Source: Candidatus Roizmanbacteria bacterium RIFOXYC1_FULL_41_16 (GTDB lineage: Bacteria; Patescibacteriota; Microgenomatia; UBA1406). From it: DNA of 58,767 bases. Positions 47,009 through 54,615 of this stretch are shown here, one piece after another (position 1 is the stretch's first letter; each line of letters opens with the position of its first letter). The notes under the pieces were generated by a model, which saw only the letters and a program-made list of their open reading frames with translations, was not told where the DNA came from and ran no database searches. Position numbers and translations under genes: made by a program. The DNA lies in contig MGBO01000021.1 of the NCBI GenBank assembly GCA_001788295.1, positions 212,865-271,631 of the forward strand, in the 5' to 3' direction.

Positions 47009-47750
47009 AGAGGAGGATCCGGCGCATTTCCTGAAAAATATTCCAGGCTTCGGCGCCAATCCAGGTTTGGCCAACTAATTCTTGTGGCAGGCCCGGATCG
47101 GTTTTCAATATTTCAATATATTTATTGACAATTTTTTTGAGCTTTTCCTCACGTGAAAGCGTTTGGTCTGAAAGATACTCGTGCCATTCTTTAAAGATCT
47201 GGCGATACTGTTTCTCTACCTGACTGATATTCCACACCTTTTCAATCAAAATTTTTAAGTCTCCGACTACCGGCTTGCCTTCAAACGCCTGAACATAATC
47301 AGCAAAGGCCGGCTGGGTCTTGACTAGCGCTTGCAAAGCCGCGGCCACCGGATGCGGAGTGAGCCAAAAAGACCGGTGCCAAGGGCCCAAACCCCAGCCA
47401 CTGATTTCCCGGCGCAAACTGTCGCGCAAGGCTCTTTTTTTCTCAGGAATTTCGTAAGTAATAATCCGGTAAAAACCATCCCAGGGAAAAATCGTGAAAC
47501 GCACATACGGAAAAGATAATGACAGCTCAGCCAAACCTTTTTCTGTAATCTGATAGCTGCCAGACTCATGTTTCACAATTACCTCGTCCGCCAACATCTG
47601 GCGAACTGTGCCACGGGAACGCGGTGAATCAGCCGGCAGCGAAAACACAGTTTTGATCTTAGCATTGTAAATCAGATGGGGTTTATCTTTGTCCAGTAAA
47701 TATAAAGTGAGCAAAGTTCTTGTCCGCCGTTCTTTAATTGAAGCTACCAT
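47001..47750 (-). CDS. PaaX family transcriptional regulator
   Basis: N-terminal wHTH (YQITEKG), WDG.YRII.YEIPEKKR.LRD.LR, W.TPH, DPGLP.EL...W.G. Confidence 0.9.
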   Translation of the reverse strand: MVASIKERRTRTLLTLYLLDKDKPHLIYNAKIKTVFSLPADSPRSRGTVRQMLADEVIVKHESGSYQITEKGLAELSLSFPYVRFTIFPWDGFYRIITYEIPEKKRALRDSLRREISGWGLGPWHRSFWLTPHPVAAALQALVKTQPAFADYVQAFEGKPVVGDLKILIEKVWNISQVEKQYRQIFKEWHEYLSDQTLSREEKLKKIVNKYIEILKTDPGLPQELVGQTWIGAEAWNIFQEMRRILLSA

Positions 47751-47838
47751 TAATCATAAAATAACAAACGTGAATATTTTTGTCAAGTTTTAATAATGCG
47801 CTTGACAAATATCTCAAGCTTTAATTAAATGATGGTAT

Positions 47839-49299
47839 ATGAAAAAGATCTTGAGCTGCCTCCTTATTGGTTTGGTTTTTGGCCAATCTTTATTTTCTTT
47901 TACCTTAATCAAGCCTTTGAGCGTTGACGACGCTGTGATTACGGCGGCCAGCGCGACGCTTTCTAACCCCAGACGTTCCTATTATGCCTCAGTGAGCGGC
48001 CCGCTGGTTGCTAGTACTGCTATTATTCCGATTAAAACCAGCGGCGGCACCGGACCGGAAACAACTGTTGCCGGTTTATTTCCTGGCGACACCGTGGTTA
48101 TCGGACCAAACGGTGACGAAACTGTGGCTTCGATTCCCTCTACCACTGGCTCGAATTTTGTCATTGACGGCGGCCTTAATGTGGGCGCCAGTGACAACAC
48201 TGATATTATTGCCACTCAAAGCGGCACTTTAACTGTGACTTTTACCATTGGTTCGGCGATTCCGGCCAATGGCTATGTGGAACTAGTCATTCCTGATCCG
48301 CCGTCTAACGGTAACGACGGCAAGCCGGATTATAACGCTACCTTGGCCAATCTTGGTTTTGACGCTAATGGCATAGCCAACACCAACACCACCACAAGTG
48401 GCGGCACTGGCTGTACCTGGAGCGGTACCGAAACTTTCACTGCCGGTACTGGTGCCGGCCATACCTATTCTTTTGTAACAACTACTCAATGCACTGCAGG
48501 CACCATTACCATGACTGTGGGTGATGGGACGACTGGCTTAGTGAATCCGGCCAGAGTCGGTGCAATAGGCTCAGCTGATATTTATCAAATGAATATTTAC
48601 ACCAAAACCAGCGGTGGTGTGATAATTGAATCTCGCGATGTGTCGGTAGCCATTGTTGAAGGTGTTTTGGTTTCGGCTAATGTTGACGAAACTTTGTCTT
48701 TTACTGTGGCTGGCCGTGCCTCTGGCACAACCTCCTGCAATATTGCCACTTCAATTACAACTACTGCCACCACAGTTCCCTGGGGCGTGCTCTCAACTAC
48801 TTATGCCGCCGGCACTCATAATGCGGCTCAACAATTAACCTTAAGCACTAATTCTTCCAGCGGCTACAAAGTATATGCTCAAGAAAACGACCAAATGGGC
48901 CTAAACGGCAATACCTGTACTGGAGCGGCTCCAAGCGCTGGCGAGTATACTTTTGTAGCTGGCACTTGCATTCGCGACATTCCCACAGCCACTCATACCA
49001 CTGCTTTTGACTGGGGCACCCCAGGTACTAATTATGGCTTGGGTTATTCTTTGGAAAACGCGACCGGCACGCCAGCCCAATTCCTTTATAACGACAGCGG
49101 TACTTTTTATGCCAAACAGTTTGCCGATAAAGAAGTACCGGAAAGCGAAACCGACGCTGACGCACAATTAATGGTCGAAACTACCGGTCCGGTAGCGGCT
49201 AACAGCGTTTATGTTTGTTTCCGAATCAACATTCCCGGCGACCAACCCTCAGGCTATTATTACAATATTGTTAAGTACACAGCCGTACCGATTTTTTAA
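47839..49299 (+). CDS. Secreted Thr/Gly-rich surface protein with C-terminal WxL-like domain
   Basis: Signal peptide; VSANVDETLSF.V, STN...GY.V, C-terminal RINI...QPSGYY.N.V.YTA.P.F. Confidence 0.72.
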   Translation: MKKILSCLLIGLVFGQSLFSFTLIKPLSVDDAVITAASATLSNPRRSYYASVSGPLVASTAIIPIKTSGGTGPETTVAGLFPGDTVVIGPNGDETVASIPSTTGSNFVIDGGLNVGASDNTDIIATQSGTLTVTFTIGSAIPANGYVELVIPDPPSNGNDGKPDYNATLANLGFDANGIANTNTTTSGGTGCTWSGTETFTAGTGAGHTYSFVTTTQCTAGTITMTVGDGTTGLVNPARVGAIGSADIYQMNIYTKTSGGVIIESRDVSVAIVEGVLVSANVDETLSFTVAGRASGTTSCNIATSITTTATTVPWGVLSTTYAAGTHNAAQQLTLSTNSSSGYKVYAQENDQMGLNGNTCTGAAPSAGEYTFVAGTCIRDIPTATHTTAFDWGTPGTNYGLGYSLENATGTPAQFLYNDSGTFYAKQFADKEVPESETDADAQLMVETTGPVAANSVYVCFRINIPGDQPSGYYYNIVKYTAVPIF

Positions 49300-49301
49300 A
49301 C

Positions 49302-50282
49302 ATGAAAAAAATTATTTATTTTCTTTTAATCACTTCCCTATTCTTAAGCTTGACCGGCTCAGCTTTGGCTCAAGAAAAGTTGCAGATGATTGTGGGTCCG
49401 GTGCGCCAGGAGATCTTCTTAAATCCGGGTGAAAACGATCAGGTGGAAATCCGTTTTTACAATCAATCCGAACGACCGATTACCGGACAACTAACTGCGG
49501 TTGATTTTATTGTGACCAGTTCAGACGGCGCGCCCACTCTTTTGGACGACCCCTCCCAAGCGTCACCCAAATTCTCCGGCACCAGCTGGATCAGCTTGCC
49601 TTACGATCAGATTACCATTGCCGCTACCAACCGCGTTAATGTGCCTGTTTCTATTCAGGTACCGAATAATGCCAAACCAGGCGGCCGCTATGTGGCCATT
49701 TACTTTCAGCCAAACAACAACACACCAACCAGCAGTGGTTCGGGTGTCGCCTCCAGAATTGCCGGTTTACTCTATATCAGAGTCAATGGCGAAATTACTG
49801 AAAACGCCTTGATCACCCGTTTTTACAGCCCGAGCTTTTTTGAATACGGCCCAATCACAGTCAACACTGAGATTCTTAATCGCGGTGACTATCACATTAC
49901 TCCCAAAGCCGTCATTGCCATGAGCAATGCTTTTGGCACGCTCACTGACCAGGTTTCATTAAGAGATGAAAACATTTTTCCAGACGCCACCCGCATCTTT
50001 ACAAATGAGATTGGACCAAAATGGCTTTTTGGCCGCTACAAACTTTCTCTGATGGGATCATATGGCACCAATGGCAAATCACTTGAAGCAACGACCTATG
50101 TGTGGGTGATGCCTTGGCGGATTATTGCCATCGTGATCCTAGGTATTATTTTGATCTATATCTTAATCAAAAAAGTAATTCTCTCTTCTAATGAACAGGT
50201 GTCAGAGCTGGAATCGCGGCTAAGCAAGGAAGAGGAAGAACTTGAAGAACTCAAAAAACTCTTACGCAAAAAGAACGAATAA
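49302..50282 (+). CDS. DUF916-like (WxL-partner-like) surface protein with C-terminal TM and coiled coil
   Basis: VGP...I.LNPGE, SWI, I.VP.NA.PGG.Y.AI.F, N.GD.H..P, FGRY, WVMPW + TM. Confidence 0.75.
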   Translation: MKKIIYFLLITSLFLSLTGSALAQEKLQMIVGPVRQEIFLNPGENDQVEIRFYNQSERPITGQLTAVDFIVTSSDGAPTLLDDPSQASPKFSGTSWISLPYDQITIAATNRVNVPVSIQVPNNAKPGGRYVAIYFQPNNNTPTSSGSGVASRIAGLLYIRVNGEITENALITRFYSPSFFEYGPITVNTEILNRGDYHITPKAVIAMSNAFGTLTDQVSLRDENIFPDATRIFTNEIGPKWLFGRYKLSLMGSYGTNGKSLEATTYVWVMPWRIIAIVILGIILIYILIKKVILSSNEQVSELESRLSKEEEELEELKKLLRKKNE

Positions 50283-50292
50283 GTTTATCCTA

Positions 50293-51420
50293 CTAAACAT
50301 GAGTTGTCTGCAAAAAAGACCAATAGTTTTCTTGATTAATAACTTGAAAACTGGCTTGAGGATAAGTATCTAACCATAGTTTAGGAGGGGTTTTTTGGAA
50401 TTTTTGCCATTTTATTTCATAAGCCCAAAGTTTGCCTTCTTTTTCTTCAAGATAATCTATTTCTTGCTTGGTCCAGGTCCGCCAAAAAAAACTATTGGAA
50501 AATTGTCGCTGCGCCTGATTAAGTTTAATCCTTTCGGCAATGACAAAATTTTCCCATAAAGCCCCGATATCGTTACGTAAATTTAAAGGATTAAAGTTAT
50601 TAATAATGGCATTTCTAATTCCTAAGTCCCAAAAATAGATTTTGCGCGATTTAGAGATCTCTTTGCGTAAATTGCGAGAAAATGGCCGAAGCGTAAAAAT
50701 AACAAAAGATAGTTCGAGCAAACGCAGATAAGTTCTGACAGTTTTTTGATCAATCCCCAGCAAGCTACCTAGCTCAGTATAGGAAACCTGGCTACCAATC
50801 TGTAAAGCCAATGCTTCTAAAAGACGTGGAATGAGCTCGTTATTACGTAAACCTTGATACTCTAAAGCATCTTTATAAAGATAATTTTGATAAAGGTGAC
50901 GTAGGGTTTCCTGAGCTTCTTCAGGCATATTAACTACTTCAGGGTAAGTGCCAAAACGCAGACGAACATGAAGTAAACGCTGAGCGGCTTGCGGCTCCTG
51001 ATGAAGCTCTGATAATAGTAAGGGGGCTAGATAAAATTCCCGAGCTCGTCCTGTTAAAGGTTCTTTGATTTGGTTAGACAGATCAAAAGATGAAGAACCG
51101 GTTGTGATTATTTGCTTACTACTATTATCACTAATTAGTTTTAAGGTTAAGCCAATATTTCTGACTCTTTGTGCCTCATCAATAATCACTAGGGTTTTAT
51201 TACCTAAATAATTAATTAGTTCGGTTGAGGTTTTATTAGTTAAGGCCTGCCGGACATCAGGTTCATCACAATTTAAATATACACTCTGTTGAGGAACTTC
51301 TGACATAATTTTTTTTACTAAAGTAGTTTTACCAACTCGACGAGCCCCATAAATAATAATTATCCTGTTTTTGAATAACTGTTTTTTGATTTCTGGTTCG
51401 ATTATTCGTGAATAATACAT
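50293..51420 (-). CDS. AAA+ ATPase with DUF4143 (restriction-endonuclease-like) C-terminus
   Basis: GARRVGKTT, IIDEAQ, TGSS, EPLTGR, KIYFWDLG, G.LWEN, EIDY...YEIK. Confidence 0.92.
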   Translation of the reverse strand: MYYSRIIEPEIKKQLFKNRIIIIYGARRVGKTTLVKKIMSEVPQQSVYLNCDEPDVRQALTNKTSTELINYLGNKTLVIIDEAQRVRNIGLTLKLISDNSSKQIITTGSSSFDLSNQIKEPLTGRAREFYLAPLLLSELHQEPQAAQRLLHVRLRFGTYPEVVNMPEEAQETLRHLYQNYLYKDALEYQGLRNNELIPRLLEALALQIGSQVSYTELGSLLGIDQKTVRTYLRLLELSFVIFTLRPFSRNLRKEISKSRKIYFWDLGIRNAIINNFNPLNLRNDIGALWENFVIAERIKLNQAQRQFSNSFFWRTWTKQEIDYLEEKEGKLWAYEIKWQKFQKTPPKLWLDTYPQASFQVINQENYWSFLQTTHV

Positions 51421-51502
51421 AGTTTTCAGGAACTTATTCCTCTAAATTAATATAATTTGCAGGAATTGTCAAGTTCATTTAAATCATATATACTTAATTA
51501 TT

Positions 51503-53032
51503 ATGCGCAGAACGCAATTTTCTCTCTTTTGTTTGTTTTTGTTATTGGGACTGATGGTAACGCCGAGAATTCTCAAGCCAGAACAGCCTAAGCCGGCAGT
51601 ACTGGCCGACGTGACTAACTCTGCGACTGTGGTTACCCCAACCCCCACGCCAGTGGTTACCAGCACCCCAACCCCGACGCCAACTTCGACTCTGACGCCC
51701 ACTACCACCCTGACGCCCACGCCAACCACAGTACTCTCTAATCTGGAATTATCTTTTGTTGTCAACCCGCCCTTAAACGGCTCATATTATGTCGCAGACG
51801 AAATTATCACCATTACTATTATTTATCGCTCTTTAACACCAATTTCACAACCGTTGACTCTGTCGCTTAATTATCCCTTGGGCCGGATCAATGACTCGCC
51901 CCTTGACCTGATTGAAGCTCTAAGCTATATCAGTGGCTCAGCGAGCACCAGCCCTCAAGGAGCCACGCCCAGTATTAATTTAAACAGTCATCTCATTACT
52001 TGGAACATCGCTTCTCTAGCAAGCGCCAGCAGCCCCAGCCAAGTCAGTCTGAAACTACGAGTACTGGAAAACACGGCAATTACTGATCCAGTGCTTAATG
52101 ACCTGATTTTGTCCAGCGTTTTTGGCACTACTAAGTTGCCAGATCAAAAAACCACCCTTAATCTTTATGGTTCATTTGTTGCCCAGGTTTCCCCGACTCC
52201 GGCAATACCACCAACACCCAAGCCGGCTGAGGAACCCGAACAGTTTTTTGTGTATTCTTTGTTTGGCTATACCTCAAGCCATGCCAACGTGCGCTTAGAA
52301 GGGCTTAAGTTACTGGAAGGCACCAAAGCTAACCAAGATGGTTATTTTGAGTTTGTTAATTTCAGAGCTTCCAGCCGCAATCTGGAGTTTTGTCTGCTGA
52401 GCGTTGACACCGAAAACCTGGTGTCACCGCCTCTTTGTGTTCCGGTGCCACCGGTTGAGGCTAACCGCAAATACGGACCCTATTTGTTGCCACCGACAAT
52501 CAGATTGGATAAGGGCGATATTAAGACCGGGCAGCAAGCCCAAGTGAACGGCAAAACCATTCCCGGAGCGAGCGTGAATCTTAACGTCTTTGATCAAGCA
52601 GAAAAGCCTTTGGCTATTTTAATTAAAACAGCCTATGCCGCCACCAAACCCGAAGTGATTAAGCTTGATTCGGCTTCAGACGGCAGCTTTAGTACCACTC
52701 TAAGCGGCACTAACCCAGGTAAAAAGCGCGTTTTTGCTCAATCAACTTTTAATATTGAAGAAAATGAGAACAAAACTCCCAAAAGCGTGACTCTGACGCT
52801 CAACATCCTTAGCCTATTCTTGGCCTTATTAATCCAATTTTTGGGCTTATTCCGGTCTTTGTTTAGTCTTAACTTTATTCTGTTTTTGCAGTTTTTACTC
52901 GTCCTTTATCTCTTGCTGAGACGGCGCCTGATCTTTAACTGGCTAAGCCTGATGCACCACAAACGGACTGCCATTATCCTTTACCGGCAAAACAGTATTG
53001 TGAAAGCAGAAAAGAATTACTGCCCGCTTTAA
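51503..53032 (+). CDS. Surface protein: signal/TM, Pro-Thr linker, Ig-like domains, C-terminal TM segments
   Basis: TPTPTP tracts, beta-rich domains, hydrophobic C-terminus. Confidence 0.8.
   Translation: MRRTQFSLFCLFLLLGLMVTPRILKPEQPKPAVLADVTNSATVVTPTPTPVVTSTPTPTPTSTLTPTTTLTPTPTTVLSNLELSFVVNPPLNGSYYVADEIITITIIYRSLTPISQPLTLSLNYPLGRINDSPLDLIEALSYISGSASTSPQGATPSINLNSHLITWNIASLASASSPSQVSLKLRVLENTAITDPVLNDLILSSVFGTTKLPDQKTTLNLYGSFVAQVSPTPAIPPTPKPAEEPEQFFVYSLFGYTSSHANVRLEGLKLLEGTKANQDGYFEFVNFRASSRNLEFCLLSVDTENLVSPPLCVPVPPVEANRKYGPYLLPPTIRLDKGDIKTGQQAQVNGKTIPGASVNLNVFDQAEKPLAILIKTAYAATKPEVIKLDSASDGSFSTTLSGTNPGKKRVFAQSTFNIEENENKTPKSVTLTLNILSLFLALLIQFLGLFRSLFSLNFILFLQFLLVLYLLLRRRLIFNWLSLMHHKRTAIILYRQNSIVKAEKNYCPL
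51626..51730 (+). repeat. Pro-Thr low-complexity coding repeat
   Basis: TVVTPTPTPVVTSTPTPTPTSTLTPTTTLTPTPTT. Confidence 0.8.
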
Positions 53033-53436
53033 TTGAATTTGATTTTTAGAGCCTGGCCAAGCTTAGTATTGTCCAGTACCGCCTCAATGACGTACTCGCC
53101 CGAAGTGGTGGTTGAAAGATCAAAGATGGCCCGACCATAAGAGTCTGTCAGTGAATTAAGCTGCTCAATGACTAATTCCGGCGACTTGCTAAGCATTACC
53201 GGCTGATTGGCCACTCCCAAACCCTGATTATTGAGCACAAAGACTGTAATTCGGATCCTGTCGATGCTATTAGCCCTGGCCACAATTGGCGAAGCAAAAA
53301 GATATGAGTTTTCGGCTGAATAATTACCGCTGCCTGTCGCTCGACTTGAAATAATCAGCCTGACATTGGCAAAGACGCTCATCAACAATAACATTACTAA
53401 TAAAACTGCCAAAGCCGGAAAAAGACGCTTATTCAT
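53029..53436 (-). CDS. Membrane-anchored single Ig-like (Big_1/invasin type) domain protein
   Basis: TM, NSYLFASP, ITVFVL...G.GV....V, TD..G.A.F.L.....GEY.I.A. Confidence 0.82.
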   Translation of the reverse strand: MNKRLFPALAVLLVMLLLMSVFANVRLIISSRATGSGNYSAENSYLFASPIVARANSIDRIRITVFVLNNQGLGVANQPVMLSKSPELVIEQLNSLTDSYGRAIFDLSTTTSGEYVIEAVLDNTKLGQALKIKFN

Positions 53437-53876
53437 AGCTTAATTATAGTAAACTGACAAATCTAGTCAAGTAGGGCCAAACACTAGGACAAGCGTAGTA
53501 TATCCATATCCTGGCACTAGTGGTAGCCTGGTGCTAATAAGCCTAAGAAATTAACCTGAAACTATAAAAAAATATACGCTTACTAACAAATACATCACTA
53601 TAAGATAATAAATTAGGATTGGATTGCCAAGACAATCCAGCGTCTTACTATAGGCATTCTTATTAATCTTCTCGTTCTATAGGATATCCAGTATTTTGGT
53701 AAGGGCAAAAAACATTATAAAGAATATATTATAGGTCTTGATACAGTTATATGCGCTTTAAATGAACCATTTTTTCCTGCGGTAATATGTATAAATCTAT
53801 GTAAAACGTATTACAGGATAGTAGTTGATGTTTTTTGATAATGTATCTAAGTATATCAGTATATATTAAAATGCCT

Positions 53877-53906
53877 CTTGACAAATATCTCTTCTCTATT
53901 AATAAT
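53877..53906 (+). promoter_or_regulatory. Sigma70-type promoter for the SAM-like/fibre locus
   Basis: TTGACA at 53878, 17 nt, AATAAT, then ATG 6 nt later at 53913. Confidence 0.6.
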
Positions 53907-53912
53907 GTATAT

Positions 53913-54404
53913 ATGTTAAATACTGATCATAATACTGCCAGTTATCAAGCCAAATTCGCCGATTTCCTATTGACCAAAAAGTATGGTAGTTTGTCTGTGA
54001 AAAGTTATCTGGCGGATTTGGAACATTACTTAGATTGGGCTGCTACAAAGATTAAACGAGCTAATAGCAAATTAAGCAACCATAACTCTTTAACAACCTT
54101 TTTCAGCTCTAGGGCCTTAGAACAATATCTTTTGGAAATTCAAGGCTCGGAGAGTCCTTCGGCGATTAAGCGAAGATTAGCAGCGCTTTCTAGCTTTCTA
54201 AAATACGCGTGTGCAGAAAAATGGCTTAATAGCAGCCTATTGAACGTATTTAAGACTTTAGCAGAGACTACTCACCAAGCGCTAAAAACCACTGATCAGG
54301 TACTGTCTGATTTTACTTTGCATCTACAGGAGAAGCAAACTCCCAAAAACAGCTTGCGTAGCTATGTGGCTGACATTAAAGAGTTTTTAACCATTACAAA
54401 TTAA
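53913..54404 (+). CDS. Tyrosine-recombinase core-binding (phage integrase N-terminal SAM-like) domain protein; one and a half domains, no catalytic domain
   Basis: F.DFL..K.Y...SVKSYLADL..YL.W ... SPSAIKRRLAALSSFLKY, then DF..HL......KNSLRSYVADIKEFL-stop; no R-K-HxxR-H-Y residues. Confidence 0.8.
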   Translation: MLNTDHNTASYQAKFADFLLTKKYGSLSVKSYLADLEHYLDWAATKIKRANSKLSNHNSLTTFFSSRALEQYLLEIQGSESPSAIKRRLAALSSFLKYACAEKWLNSSLLNVFKTLAETTHQALKTTDQVLSDFTLHLQEKQTPKNSLRSYVADIKEFLTITN

Positions 54405-54413
54405 TTGCTTGAT

Positions 54414-54560
54414 ATGAAACTTATCTACAACCTTTGGAAGCAACTAGACCCCTCAAGCCAAGGAAGCGCTTATCTGCCCATGCCCAAGGAAAGACTGCCA
54501 AAACTGGATTCTTTTATCAGCTTTAGGCTGAGGAGCAAGTGGGCGTTTCGCAAATATTGA
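54414..54560 (+). CDS. Possible 48-aa peptide
   Basis: ATG 9 nt after the upstream stop, same frame: MKLIYNLWKQLDPSSQGSAYLPMPKERLPKLDSFISFRLRSKWAFRKY. Confidence 0.4.
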   Translation: MKLIYNLWKQLDPSSQGSAYLPMPKERLPKLDSFISFRLRSKWAFRKY

Positions 54561-54571
54561 TTGATTAATCA

Positions 54572-54602
54572 CTCCGACGCCGGCACATAAGCCTGGTCGG
54601 AG
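54572..54602 (+). promoter_or_regulatory. Stem-loop in the 5' region of the fibre gene, pairing a GGAG motif
   Basis: CTCCGAC..GGC-ACATAA-GCC..GTCGGAG, ending 13 nt before ATG 54616. Confidence 0.5.
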
Positions 54603-54615
54603 AAATTAGCCAACC

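Noticed and set aside
47001..47750. Cas2-like YEIPEKKR segment
   Set aside because: It is the central domain of a PaaX-family regulator with an N-terminal wHTH and PaaX C-terminal motif.
53437..53834. Long intergenic region as a structured RNA gene
   Set aside because: Only short weak hairpins (e.g. GGATTG...CAATCC) and no recognisable family; left unannotated.
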